DNA of 64,000 nt from Kofleriaceae bacterium (GTDB lineage: Bacteria > Myxococcota_A > Polyangia > Haliangiales > Haliangiaceae), in assembly GCA_965215005.1 (NCBI GenBank), contig CBDCCZ010000049.1, positions 32,001 to 96,000 on the forward strand. Reading direction: 5' to 3'. Positions within the stretch are counted from its first letter, which is position 1. The number at the start of each line of letters is the position of its first letter. Both the position numbers and the translations under genes were made by a program. Of this stretch, positions 36,579 through 56,815 are shown piece by piece. The notes below the pieces were generated by a model. That model was not told the DNA's origin. It saw nothing but the letters and a program-made list of their open reading frames with translations, and searched no databases.

Positions 36579-36843
36579 GGTCGTCGTAGAGGAACCGGGG
36601 CCCGCAAGAAGCGGAGGCTGTGCTGCTGGCGATGAATGGGCGAGGACGACGAACTAGCCGGGAATGGAGGAGGCTCGGCCAGTGAGTGGGGGGCGCAGGA
36701 CGCTGCGCGGCCATCTCGTCGAGCTCGCTGGTTCGGCACCTGCCGCCTGTCGAGCCCCTGTTGGGAAATGATCCGCTGTCCTCGTCTCCTGATTCTCGAA
36801 AGGTCTCGTGTACTCGTTGCTTGCGTACTGATACTGCCGCGGA

Positions 36844-37332
36844 CTACCAGCGGTAATGGGCGAACGCACGGTTTGCGTCGGCCATCTTGTGAACGTCTTC
36901 GCGCTTCTTGACCGCGGAACCGCGATTTTGCGCCGCGTCAAGAATCTCGTTGGCCAGCCGTTCGACCATGGTCTTCTCGTTGCGACCGCGCGAGTAGCTG
37001 ATGAGCCAACGCATTCCAAGGGCCGTGGAGCGGTCGGGACGCACATCCACCGGAACCTGGTAGGTGGAGCCACCGACGCGGCGAGACTTCACTTCTACCT
37101 TGGGCCGCACGTTGTTGAGCGCGCGGTCCCAAACTTTGAGAGGGTCGTCTTTGGCTCGTTCGGCGACCAGGTCGAAGGCGCCGTACACGATCTGCTCGGC
37201 GACGGACTTCTTGCCATCGTACATGAGCGCGTTGATGAACTTGGTGATACGGCGACGAAAATCAGGAGCCGCATCCGTGAACTTCGGATCCGGCAAGACT
37301 TTGCGCTTGGGAACTTCGCCTTTGCGGGGCAT
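36844..37332 (-). CDS. rpsG: 30S ribosomal protein S7
   Basis: [28 protein letters not shown]. Confidence 0.98.
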   Translation of the reverse strand: MPRKGEVPKRKVLPDPKFTDAAPDFRRRITKFINALMYDGKKSVAEQIVYGAFDLVAERAKDDPLKVWDRALNNVRPKVEVKSRRVGGSTYQVPVDVRPDRSTALGMRWLISYSRGRNEKTMVERLANEILDAAQNRGSAVKKREDVHKMADANRAFAHYRW

Positions 37333-37349
37333 CGTCTACGCTCCTTAAC

Positions 37350-37721
37350 CTACTTGGGGCGTTTCGTTCCGTACTTGGAACGGCCCTGCTTGCGATTGGA
37401 AACGCCGGTGGTGTCCAACGTGCCGCGCACGATGTGATACCGAACGCCGGGGAGGTCCTTAACACGACCGCCGCGAATCAGCACGACCGAGTGCTCCTGC
37501 AGGTTGTGCCCCTCACCGGGAATATAGGAGGTAACCTCCATGCCGTTGGTAAGGCGAACGCGAGCCACCTTGCGGAGAGCCGAGTTCGGCTTCTTCGGCG
37601 TCGAGGTGTAAACGCGCACACAGACGCCGCGCTTCTGCGGACAACCCTTGAGGGCGGGCGCGGTGCCCTTCTTATTGACCTTTTTACGGCCGTGGCGAAC
37701 TAGCTGATTGATCGTAGGCAT
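37350..37721 (-). CDS. rpsL: 30S ribosomal protein S12
   Basis: [30 protein letters not shown]. Confidence 0.99.
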   Translation of the reverse strand: MPTINQLVRHGRKKVNKKGTAPALKGCPQKRGVCVRVYTSTPKKPNSALRKVARVRLTNGMEVTSYIPGEGHNLQEHSVVLIRGGRVKDLPGVRYHIVRGTLDTTGVSNRKQGRSKYGTKRPK

Positions 37722-37766
37722 TCTCTACCGCTCGGCTTAGGTGCAGTCAGGACGCGGAATCGCGAA

Positions 37767-37794
37767 ATTCTATGTAAGAACGAGGCCATGTCAA
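37767..37794 (-). promoter_or_regulatory. sigma70 promoter of the str operon
   Basis: TTGACA-16 nt-TAGAAT on the minus strand, about 45 nt upstream of the rpsL ATG. Confidence 0.8.
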
Positions 37795-37990
37795 CCCTGT
37801 TCTCCAACTTGCGCTCGAGTACTTGCTGCGCTCACTTCAAAACCATCGCCATTAGACGCAGGCGCGACGGAGGGAGATGAGGACGGAATGAGACGCAGAA
37901 GGTCGCGGAACGTAGCAGCAAACGAAGCGGCGGTCGAGGGATAAGCACCGTCTTCGCGCAAAGAGATGGGTCAGCCGCGGAGACAGCAGG

Positions 37991-38386
37991 TCAATGGGTC
38001 CAACGACGGTCCTTCGTGGGCTGTTCGACGTCATCGTCAAACTCATGAGCCATCACGAAAACGTACGCGGCTTCACGCGCATTAGGGGATTCGACGATGC
38101 ACTCGAATACGTGCTCATCGCTGTCGCCCGGCTCGCTTTGGACATAGGCGATCTCCTGCGCAAACACCACCAATTCGCCCACCAGCTCCTTGCCCCGCAC
38201 GAGCTGGACGACCAACGTGCTCTCGTCCTCCGAGGTGAGGTTCCAGTGAAAGTCGTCGTGATCGAACAAGAACGCGTCCGGGGTGCCGGCGCGTACGATG
38301 CAGTTGACGTGACCATGGAGCCAAGTCCAAAACTTATCGAACGGAACAGTGAGAGCGGTCGACGCCAGCGGCTTGGTGGAGGGCAT
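37991..38386 (-). CDS. Hypothetical protein (131 aa) between rpoC and rpsL
   Basis: Globular-looking ORF (FWTWLHGHVNCIVRAGTPD..LFDHDDFHW) with coding-like composition; start MPSTK at 38386. Confidence 0.7.
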   Translation of the reverse strand: MPSTKPLASTALTVPFDKFWTWLHGHVNCIVRAGTPDAFLFDHDDFHWNLTSEDESTLVVQLVRGKELVGELVVFAQEIAYVQSEPGDSDEHVFECIVESPNAREAAYVFVMAHEFDDDVEQPTKDRRWTH

Positions 38387-38521
38387 TCCGAGGCGGAGCA
38401 TAGCCTGCTTTGCAGGCGTGGGCCACACAGGTAGCAGTGCAGCATGGCCAAAAACCGCATTTGGGCGACGCGTACACCGCTCCGAGATTGATCGGCGGAT
38501 CTTCCATGACGCCCTCAATAG

Positions 38522-38549
38522 AAAAGCCCCGCCAACCGGCGGGGCTTTT
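38522..38549 (-). terminator. Intrinsic (potentially bidirectional) terminator after rpoC
   Basis: AAAAGCCCCGCC-AACC-GGCGGGGCTTTT perfect hairpin with A/T tails. Confidence 0.9.
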
Positions 38550-38595
38550 ACAGAGATTGCCGCACTCGCGGACAGCGAGATGCCGCACCGCGCTG

Positions 38596-42819
<4,224 letters not shown>

Positions 42820-43017
42820 GGTATCTCCTTAAGGGCTCTCGGCTCTGTCGGTTCGGATTCACGCGATGAGGCACCGTCACAACTCGCAGGAGTCGTGACG
42901 CGGTTCGCGCCCGCCCCCACCTGGAGCGAGGACGGTTGCGAACGGCTGCTGAGGCTCCCGATTCGGCGTCTCCCCATCGATTCTGGTCTACTAGTGGGTC
43001 GCGACTCTCGCCGACCC

Positions 43018-47223
<4,206 letters not shown>

Positions 47224-47685
47224 GACGTCTTGTTTCCCCTCTTTGCGCTGGTCCCTGGTCACGCCCGCACGGGCGCGGCACTACCGAAAAAGACACGTCG
47301 GCGCATCTCGTTCAGGGAAACCTCCGCAGAGAGCCCTGAACGAGATCCGCCAACGTGTCGCGCACCCGCTGAAGAACATTGGCTAGCACGTCGCGCTCGT
47401 CTCGCCAGGCGGAACGAGGAGCCGTGATCAGCAATGCCTGCAGCGTTTTGACCGTCGAGCTGTGCCACTCGGCCCGTCGGCGAAAATGCCTCAGGACCGA
47501 GCGGTACGCAGCGGAAGCGAGCGCTACGCGCACTTTCGCTGGCTAGATCGATGTCTTGGATCGAGAACTCTCGCCAAACCACCGACCACGATACTGAACG
47601 CAGAACACACGAGTCCGCCCCGCGGCGGATACACGTATCCACCGCGCCTGCTCTGGCGAAAGGCCGACTCGAAAATCGCACCAAG

Positions 47686-48072
47686 CTACTTGATCTCGAC
47701 CTCGGCGCCAGCCGCTTTGAGCTTCTCCGCGATCTCGTTGGCTTCGTCTTTGGAGACATTCTCCTTGACGTCCTTTGGAGCACCGTCCACGAGATCTTTG
47801 GCGTCCTTGAGCCCGAGACCCGTGATCTCACGGACCGCCTTGATGACCTGGATCTTCTGGCCACCAGCTGCCTTGAGCGAAACGGTGAACTCGGTTTGCT
47901 CCGCTGCAGGTGCCGCCTCTGCGGCGCCGCCGCCACCAGCCGGACCAGCAACGGCAACTGGAGCGGCCTTGACGCCCCACTTATCCTCGAGGTCCTTGGT
48001 GAGCTTGACCAAGTCCATGACGGTCAAGTTGCTCAGGTAATCGACAACCTGTTCCTGGGTGATGTCTGCCAT
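47686..48072 (-). CDS. rplL: 50S ribosomal protein L7/L12
   Basis: [27 protein letters not shown]. Confidence 0.98.
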   Translation of the reverse strand: MADITQEQVVDYLSNLTVMDLVKLTKDLEDKWGVKAAPVAVAGPAGGGGAAEAAPAAEQTEFTVSLKAAGGQKIQVIKAVREITGLGLKDAKDLVDGAPKDVKENVSKDEANEIAEKLKAAGAEVEIK

Positions 48073-48235
48073 CGCTTGTTTCCTCGTTGCTAGTACTGCT
48101 CTTTGGCAGTGATGTCCAAAAATGAAACTCGTTCTCGCGTGCAGTACCGAAAGGAGCCGCTACTGTCGCTGGAAAAAATCATCAATCACGACGCCGGATG
48201 CTCGCTCTTGCAAGCCACGCTGCCGGCGGCAAGTT

Positions 48236-48754
48236 CTAGGCTTCGAGACCTCGCCTACGCGCGTCGAGCAGATACATGAAGTTCTGCGGGCCCGCGATTA
48301 CCTGGCGAACGAAATCCTGCGGCGCTGCCAAGAAGGTCATCAGCATCGTCGCGCGCAGCTCATCCTTTCCAGGCATCTTGGAAAGCTGCTCCACACCGGC
48401 GCTATCGAGTACGGAGCCCTCGAAGAAGCCGCCCTTGATGGTAAACTTTTCCTGCTCTTTAGCGTACTTGAGCGCTATTTTCGCCGCGCTAGAGGGCGAG
48501 TCGACCGACCAAATGACCGCCGTCGGGCCACTGAGGAGTGTCGACATCGGCTCTAAGTCTGAGCCTTTGATCGCGATCTTGACGAGAGTGTTCTTCAACA
48601 CCCGATAGCCACAGTTGGCGTTGCGAAACTCATCGCGCATCGCGGTCACCGTCGGCACGTCGATGCCGCGATAATCAGCCAGAACGACGCTCATGACGCC
48701 GCTCAAGGTCTCACGGATCTCTCCAACCATCTGTTCTTTTGCTGACCTGTCCAT
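48236..48754 (-). CDS. rplJ: 50S ribosomal protein L10
   Basis: ADYRG, VLKNTL, GPTA; start MDRSAK at 48754. Confidence 0.95.
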   Translation of the reverse strand: MDRSAKEQMVGEIRETLSGVMSVVLADYRGIDVPTVTAMRDEFRNANCGYRVLKNTLVKIAIKGSDLEPMSTLLSGPTAVIWSVDSPSSAAKIALKYAKEQEKFTIKGGFFEGSVLDSAGVEQLSKMPGKDELRATMLMTFLAAPQDFVRQVIAGPQNFMYLLDARRRGLEA

Positions 48755-48867
48755 GTCGCTCACCTCGCTATGGCCAATCGCCGAAAAGCAGTTGCCCCTC
48801 TGTAGCTCCAACAGAGGGGTCGCCGCTCGAGCGGCGGCCAAGATGCCGACCAACTCGCGGAACGCTC

Positions 48868-48920
48868 CCTCCATCTCCGCGGGATTTACGCCAAAGGCTA
48901 CCTGCTTCTTCGACAGAGTC
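48868..48920 (-). promoter_or_regulatory. Ribosomal protein L10 leader (autoregulatory RNA)
   Basis: Minus strand GTCGAAGAAGCAGGTAG...TAAATCCCGCGGAGA in the rplA-rplJ gap resembles the L10-leader GAAGAC..AGG...UAA..CCU..GAG core. Confidence 0.6.
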
Positions 48921-48978
48921 GCTTGCGTTGCTCGATTGGCTCGTAAGAAAGTCCTCTCTGAATGCAGCTAGACGAGCG

Positions 48979-49683
48979 CTAGACGGCGGCCTTACCCACC
49001 GTTGTGGGGTCAACCTTCACGCCAGGTCCGTGGGTGGTCGAGACCGTAATCGAGCGGATGTAGGCGCCCTTTGCGGTCGATGGCTTGAGCTTGAGCAGCA
49101 GCTCCAAAAACGCGTTCAAGTTATCCGCGAGCTTTGCGGAGGAGAACGATGCCTTACCGATCGGCGAATGCACGATGCCGGCCTTCTCAACGCGGAACTC
49201 GACCCGACCAGCCTTTAGCTCTCCCACCGCCTTCGCGACATCCATCGTGACGGTGCCGACTTTTGGGTTGGGCATAAGGCCACGGGGACCGAGAACACGG
49301 CCAATGCGGCCGACTTGGCCCATCATGTCGGGCGTCGCGACCACAGAATCGAATTCGAACCAGTTCTCGTCCTGGATCTTTTTTACGTACTCTTCGCCAC
49401 CCGCGTAATCTGCGCCGGCCTCGAGAGCTTCCTTGGCCTTGTCGGGCTTGGCGATGACCAACACGCGCTTAGACTTGCCGGTGCCGTGCGGTAAAACGAC
49501 CGCGCCGCGAACCATCTGGTCCGCATGCTTGGGATTGACACCCAGCCGGACAGCGCAGTCTACAGTTTCGTCGAATTTGGACGAGACCTTGAGCTTCGGA
49601 ATCAACTCGCAAGCAGACTCGACGGAGTGCTTCTGCTTGAGATCGTGCTCTTCGAGCATCTTGCGAAATTTCTTGCCCGCCAT
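48979..49683 (-). CDS. rplA: 50S ribosomal protein L1
   Basis: [33 protein letters not shown]. Confidence 0.98.
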   Translation of the reverse strand: MAGKKFRKMLEEHDLKQKHSVESACELIPKLKVSSKFDETVDCAVRLGVNPKHADQMVRGAVVLPHGTGKSKRVLVIAKPDKAKEALEAGADYAGGEEYVKKIQDENWFEFDSVVATPDMMGQVGRIGRVLGPRGLMPNPKVGTVTMDVAKAVGELKAGRVEFRVEKAGIVHSPIGKASFSSAKLADNLNAFLELLLKLKPSTAKGAYIRSITVSTTHGPGVKVDPTTVGKAAV

Positions 49684-49768
49684 GTTTCATCTTCTCCGGG
49701 TGGTTCCTGGTGCAAGCGCCGGTGTCATGGGCTCCCAGGAAAATTCACGCCGACTGTATGCGTCAGCC

Positions 49769-50191
49769 TTAGCGCTGAACGTCGAGCCCCATCGATCGGG
49801 CAGTTCCCGCGACAGAGCGCATCGCTGCCTCGACATCGGTGGTGTTGAGATCCTCGAGCTTGGTCTCAGCGATCTCCCGAATCTGCGCCATCGTCACTTT
49901 ACCGACTTTAGTCTTATTCGGTTCGCCCGAGCCCTTATCGATCTTCGCAGCCTTCTTCAGCAACACGGAAGCCGGTGGCGTCTTGGTGACAAAGGTGAAC
50001 GAGCGGTCCGTATAGGCGGTGATGACGACCGGGATGATGAGGTCGCCCTGCCCTTGGGTGCGCGCGTTAAACTCTTTGCAGAACTGCATGATGTTGAGCC
50101 CATGCTGACCGAGGGCGGGACCCACCGGTGGCGAGGGATTGGCCTTGCCGGCCGGCACCTGCAGCTTGATGAATGCTGAAACCTTCTTCAT
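49769..50191 (-). CDS. rplK: 50S ribosomal protein L11
   Basis: [31 protein letters not shown]. Confidence 0.98.
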   Translation of the reverse strand: MKKVSAFIKLQVPAGKANPSPPVGPALGQHGLNIMQFCKEFNARTQGQGDLIIPVVITAYTDRSFTFVTKTPPASVLLKKAAKIDKGSGEPNKTKVGKVTMAQIREIAETKLEDLNTTDVEAAMRSVAGTARSMGLDVQR

Positions 50192-50236
50192 TGGACTGCG
50201 CCCTAACAGTTCGCGTCGTCTAAATCGAACGCGACC

Positions 50237-50848
<612 letters not shown>

Positions 50849-50866
50849 AGTGTCTCGCTGCCCTCT

Positions 50867-51238
50867 CTATCCGTAGATGAACTTCGTCACTGCACCCCAA
50901 ACGAAGTCGAAGGCGCCAAGTATCGATGCGGAGATGATGGTCATGACGATGACCACGACCGTAGAGGCCTTGACCTCTTTGCTGTCGGGCCAAGCGACCT
51001 TCTTGAGCTCCGAGGCGACCTCATTCGCGAGGGTGTAAACCCGTTCGTGACGATAGAGGACCAACCCCACGACGAGCGCAACGATAGCCGCCCCCATGGT
51101 GATCAGGAACTCGTTCGGCGTGCGGGTGAAGAAGCCCCAGATCCAATCTGCAGTCCACTGGAGCAGATAAAACAGAAGCAGTCCCCCGCAGAGGTACATC
51201 AAGTGGACGGGCTTATTTGGTGCGTTTTCCTGCGCCAC
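50867..51238 (-). CDS. secE: Preprotein translocase SecE (3-TM type)
   Basis: ELKKVAWP motif; GTG start at 51238 with GGAG RBS. Confidence 0.93.
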   Translation of the reverse strand: MAQENAPNKPVHLMYLCGGLLLFYLLQWTADWIWGFFTRTPNEFLITMGAAIVALVVGLVLYRHERVYTLANEVASELKKVAWPDSKEVKASTVVVIVMTIISASILGAFDFVWGAVTKFIYG

Positions 51239-51277
51239 GAACGTGCTCCGCGACTGGGTTACTACTCTTGAATCGGC

Positions 51278-51353
51278 TGGCACGGGAGGAGGGACTTGAA
51301 CCCCCAACCCTCCGCTTTGGAGACGGATGCTCTACCAGTTGAGCTACTCCCGT
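51278..51353 (-). tRNA. tRNA-Trp (CCA)
   Basis: ACGGGAGTAGCTCAACTGGTAGAGC...CT-CCA-AA...GGTTCAAGTCC...CGTGCCA. Confidence 0.96.
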
Positions 51354-51429
51354 AAAGCATGTCTGAGGGATGAGCATCCATCGGACATGAGGCGCCGAAA
51401 CACTTGATATCAGAGCAGATGGAAGCGGA

Positions 51430-51458
51430 CGTGTACCCCACTTAAGGGTCGGATGCAA
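51430..51458 (-). promoter_or_regulatory. sigma70-type promoter for tRNA-Trp-secE-nusG
   Basis: TTGCAT-17 nt-TACACG on the minus strand. Confidence 0.5.
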
Positions 51459-51470
51459 GGCCGCCGTAGC

Positions 51471-51501
51471 AAATAAAAGGCCCGGCTCATAGGCCGGGCC
51501 T
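51471..51501 (-). terminator. Intrinsic terminator after tuf
   Basis: AGGCCCGGC-CTATGA-GCCGGGCCT followed by TTTATTT on the minus strand. Confidence 0.85.
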
Positions 51502-51530
51502 CAATACTGGCTCTTTCTCGGTGCTTGAAC

Positions 51531-52727
<1,197 letters not shown>

Positions 52728-52792
52728 CTTCTGCGCTCTCCGTTGCGACTAGGTCGGCGAAGCCTGAGTTATGCTGCGAATGGATTATCTAG

Positions 52793-52864
52793 AGCCCAAG
52801 GCCGGGATTGAACCGGCGACCCCGTCCTTACCAAGGACGTGCTCTACCACTGAGCCACTTGGGC
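52793..52864 (-). tRNA. tRNA-Thr (GGT), CCA not encoded
   Basis: GCCCAAGTGGCTCAGTGGTAGAGC-ACGTCCTT-GGT-AAGGACG...GGTTCAATCCC..CTTGGGCT. Confidence 0.95.
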
Positions 52865-52897
52865 GTTTCAAGCACTTCATCTAACGAAACGACGCGG

Positions 52898-52970
<73 letters not shown>

Positions 52971-52981
52971 GCAGACCCTAT

Positions 52982-53068
<87 letters not shown>

Positions 53069-53115
53069 TTTATAGATCAGGTTGTGCGTCTTGCGACCTT
53101 TCGCCCCAAAAAAAA

Positions 53116-53191
53116 TGGAGCTGGCGGTGGGACTCGAACCCGCGACCTCCTGATTACAAGTCAGGTGCTCTACCAGTTGAGCTACGCCAGC
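53116..53191 (-). tRNA. tRNA-Thr (TGT)
   Basis: GCTGGCGTAGCTCAACTGGTAGAGC-ACCTGACT-TGT-AATCAGG...GGTTCGAGTCCC..CAGCTCCA. Confidence 0.96.
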
Positions 53192-53242
53192 GGAATGACA
53201 GCACTTTCGTAGCGCCGGCCCATGCCTGGCGTGGGAGGTGAG

Positions 53243-53271
53243 TGTATACGCGTGGCTCGCGCGCGAGTCAA
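53243..53271 (-). promoter_or_regulatory. sigma70 promoter of the tRNA-tuf operon
   Basis: TTGACT-17 nt-TATACA on the minus strand, about 50 nt upstream of tRNA-Thr. Confidence 0.7.
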
Positions 53272-53421
53272 CCGCGGCGAGCTGGTTTTTCGGCAGCAAG
53301 CACGCGTCTCGATCCACATCATTATATAGCGGATGACGCTGAGATGATCAGCCCGCGCTCCGGATGAGCGACCCCGCGGAATGCGGTGAGAGACGCGGCC
53401 TGCCCTGCCCGCCCAGAATGC

Positions 53422-54804
53422 TCACGCGTTCTCGCGTGCCACCACCGGCTGAGGGCTCCGACTCTGGCGAGCTCGAACGGTGTCGCTCATCGGGTGTCGG
53501 CCACCACCGCCTCCAAAGTCCAGCTCGTAAGCATGCATGCCGTGCTCGCCGTAATCCAAGCCATCCATCTCTTCCTCCGCCGAGACCCGAAGGCCTAGAA
53601 ACCTCTTAACCAGCAAGAATACAAGCGTTGCGCAGGTAACACTGAACGCCGCATAGACTGCAATTCCGATGAGCTGCGAGCTGATCGTGTGTACCGGGTT
53701 CGTCGAAAATAGCCCCACGGCCAGGGTGCCCCAGACGCCGCAGACCAGATGAACCGAGGTCGCGCCGACTGGATCATCGATCTTGATTTTATCGAACGTG
53801 AGAACCGAGCCAACGACGAGGACGCCTGCGATGGCTCCGATCAAGATCGCGGAGAGCGGTGTCACCACGTCGGCTCCGGCCGTGATCCCCACGAGCCCCG
53901 CTAGAATCCCGTTGAGCGCCATCGACAGATCCGGCTTCCGGGAGACGAACACGTAAGCGAGCATGGCTCCCAGCCCACCTGCCGCCGCGGCCATGCAAGT
54001 CGTGACGAGCACCAGCGAAGTATTGGCGGGATCGGCAGACAACACCGAGCCACCGTTGAACCCGAACCACCCGAGCCAAAGCAAGAAGACGCCGATGGCA
54101 GCCAGCGGCATATTGCTGCCGGGAATGGGCATCACTTGCCCGTGCTTGCCGTACTTGCCACGCCGGGGACCCAGAAACAGCGCGCCGACCAGCGCCCCCC
54201 ATCCGCCGACGGAGTGGACCAGAGTCGAACCGGCGAAGTCATAGAAACCCAGCTGATCCAGCCAACCCCCGCCCCATTTCCACGATCCCGCGATCGGGTA
54301 AACGAAGGCGACGAAGACGGTGGCGATGATCATGAACGAGCCGAGCTTGATTCGCTCGGCCACCGCACCAGAGATGATGGTCGCGCAGGTGGCCGCAAAC
54401 ATCCCCTGAAACAAGAAGTCGGTGTAGTAGGTGTATCCGCCGTTGGCGTAGGTCGCGAGATTACCGTTCTCCGGCACGGCGAGACCTAGCCCGGCGAAAC
54501 CCAACACGCCGTTGAACTCCCCGGGATACATCAAGCCGAAGCCAAGCACGTAGTACGTCAAGAGCCCGATGCAGATGATGAAGGTGTTCTTGAACAGGAT
54601 GTTGACCGTGTTCTTCGCCCGAGTCAGCCCCGACTCCAGCGTCGCGAAGCCGAGGTGCATGATGAACACGAGCCCCGCACAAACCATCATCCACGCGTTG
54701 TTGGCGACGAAATGAGCCGTTGTGAGGTCGGCAGCTTCTTCGGCAAACGCGATGGAGGGAATCAGCAAAGCCGCGGCGACTGTCGACCATCCTACGATTT
54801 GCAT
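53422..54804 (-). CDS. amtB: Ammonium transporter
   Basis: DFAGSTLVH, GWFGFNGGS, NGILAGLVGITAG, IDDPVGA..VH (twin His); start MQIVG at 54804. Confidence 0.95.
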   Translation of the reverse strand: MQIVGWSTVAAALLIPSIAFAEEAADLTTAHFVANNAWMMVCAGLVFIMHLGFATLESGLTRAKNTVNILFKNTFIICIGLLTYYVLGFGLMYPGEFNGVLGFAGLGLAVPENGNLATYANGGYTYYTDFLFQGMFAATCATIISGAVAERIKLGSFMIIATVFVAFVYPIAGSWKWGGGWLDQLGFYDFAGSTLVHSVGGWGALVGALFLGPRRGKYGKHGQVMPIPGSNMPLAAIGVFLLWLGWFGFNGGSVLSADPANTSLVLVTTCMAAAAGGLGAMLAYVFVSRKPDLSMALNGILAGLVGITAGADVVTPLSAILIGAIAGVLVVGSVLTFDKIKIDDPVGATSVHLVCGVWGTLAVGLFSTNPVHTISSQLIGIAVYAAFSVTCATLVFLLVKRFLGLRVSAEEEMDGLDYGEHGMHAYELDFGGGGGRHPMSDTVRARQSRSPQPVVARENA

Positions 54805-54976
54805 GGTTGTTTCGATCCTCCCAAGGTGCCGGCCACTGCGGACCAGCAAGTTTGGGAGAAGACGCTAACAACCTCAGGTTTCCAGCAGATTGCTGGGCCG
54901 TTAACGTGACCGTGTCCCGCACCTCGGCGCGTCGAGACCGGCGCGATCGGTGGCTCGTTCACGCCGATACTCGTGC

Positions 54977-56218
54977 CTATAGATCGATTCGGGCGGGAAC
55001 GTAAGACGCTTGCAACCCCAGTGGCTCGACCCGCGGCAGCTCGAGCTCGCCGCGGCTATCGAGGGCGAGCAGGTGAGCAATCCTTCCGACATACGCAGCA
55101 GACGCCCTGCTCCATTCGGTGGTGGCGTCATAGGCATCAGCGAGAGCAACGTTCTTACTGTGACCATCGAACGCCTTCTCGAGGTAGGGCCGTATGCGGT
55201 TCCGCAGCTCCTGGGCGTACAGCACACGCTCCCTATCATCGAGCTCCGCTGGCAGTGGCATGGCCGCAACTGCGGCCCACAGCTCCATGTATAGATGCGA
55301 CATCTGGTATCCCGCCGCGGTGCCCCAATACGCGCTCCGATACGCCAGCGCCTCCAGATATCGATCATACGCCAGCACCGCCAGCGCCGCTTTGTGGTCG
55401 AGATCGCGCTGCAGCTGCTCGCGAGGGAATCGTAGCGGCGCCTGCAGGAACTGCCGATGCGCGATGTTGCCGAGATAGTAGTGCGCCATCGCGATGAAGT
55501 AGGGCGACTCGCTGAACAACACGCGCCGATGCAGCGCCACGGCCTGGCGCAGCTCGGTTTCCGCTGCCGCTAGCTGCCCCTGTTCGAGCAGCACGTAACC
55601 AAGCCGGGCACGCACCTCGACTCGAGTGGCAGCGTCTAAGTCATCGCGCGCGACGATGTGCCGAAGCGTTGCCTCCGCCGGTCTCCAGCGCTCGAGCTCC
55701 GCGAGCACTGCCGCTGCACGAAGATGCGCGAGCAGTGAATCGCCGCCGGTCGGCTGCTCCGCCACGACGCGTCGATACTGCTCGATGGCAACGTCGTACT
55801 GACCGAGCCCTTCGTGAGCGAGCCCGAGGTTGTATCTCGCCGCGCTCGCCCATCGAGACGTGGGAAACGCAGTGAGCAAGCTCTCGTAACGGAGTCGTGC
55901 CTCCTCGAATCGATCGGCGGAAAGCGCCGCGTTGCCCTGCTCGAAGAGCCCACGCGCATCGCTCGCTTCGATGTGTGGCTCGCCTGTGCCAGGAGCCACC
56001 GTGGCGCGCAATCGGATCGTCTCCAGATCGATCACGGAATCATCGGGCGCCGGCAGCGACGGCCGCGGTGCCCGATCCGCCGCGGCGTCTTCTACAACCG
56101 GTATCGGCGAGGCGTTGGCTGTGGTCGTGACCTTCGCAGCAGAGCGCGGCGTTGCGCACGCTGCGCCTAACGTGAGCAACGTACCCCAGGAAATGAGCAT
56201 GCGATCGAAGCGCGGCAT
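54977..56218 (-). CDS. Tetratricopeptide-repeat lipoprotein
   Basis: Lipobox-like LTLGAA|C; TPR motifs (ARYNLGLAHEGLGQYDVA, ARLGYVLLEQGQ, AHYYLGNI). Confidence 0.75.
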   Translation of the reverse strand: MPRFDRMLISWGTLLTLGAACATPRSAAKVTTTANASPIPVVEDAAADRAPRPSLPAPDDSVIDLETIRLRATVAPGTGEPHIEASDARGLFEQGNAALSADRFEEARLRYESLLTAFPTSRWASAARYNLGLAHEGLGQYDVAIEQYRRVVAEQPTGGDSLLAHLRAAAVLAELERWRPAEATLRHIVARDDLDAATRVEVRARLGYVLLEQGQLAAAETELRQAVALHRRVLFSESPYFIAMAHYYLGNIAHRQFLQAPLRFPREQLQRDLDHKAALAVLAYDRYLEALAYRSAYWGTAAGYQMSHLYMELWAAVAAMPLPAELDDRERVLYAQELRNRIRPYLEKAFDGHSKNVALADAYDATTEWSRASAAYVGRIAHLLALDSRGELELPRVEPLGLQASYVPARIDL

Positions 56219-56815
56219 CGAGGATGAGACGCATCGGCCGGCCAAACGTTCTGCGCCGCGAGCGCCCGCTCGTCAACTGTAGCAGCTGCGCCTGCCCAGG
56301 TCCGCCATTGCTTGCACGCGGCCTTTCCCGGCGACGGCATCGCGCCACGCTCGTCGCCATACGCGGAGGCGTGCGCTTCGCATCAGCGCGTCGCAGTGGA
56401 ACGAGGCGAGCGCTCGCGACTCTTGCTGAACACGTCGACGTGGGTGCCAGTCGAAACAGGCGCCGACAACGCAGCGATGCAGTCACCGCCACTGCATCCC
56501 GCACGTCCGCTTGATGTTCGTATCGCGCACGTCACCAGTTGTTGTGTGTGTGTGCAACGCCGCCGACGACTGCCATCATCGTCGTGACAGCCGATCGCAA
56601 CGGCGGCGAAGTGACGCCGCGATATCGATCGCTCGCGCAATTTTGGCGTGGCTCGAACTTCAGCCCCTGCTCGATCAGCATCGAGGTATCGCGATGACCA
56701 CCACCGCGAGAGCGTCGCGGTCGCAACCTTCGCGATCGATAACGCGCGCAATGATGCGAGTTTTGCTTGACGAAAAGGGTGTCACACCGCTTTGTTAGTT
56801 AAGAGACACCCGCAC

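Noticed and set aside
47259..47957. 232-aa minus-strand ORF spanning rplL and the rpoB leader
   Set aside because: Overlaps rplL out of frame, has Arg/Ser-rich non-coding-like composition and no RBS evidence.
56539..56558. (TG)n run gttgtgtgtgtgtgcaac
   Set aside because: Short intergenic microsatellite with no evidence that it affects a reading frame or promoter.
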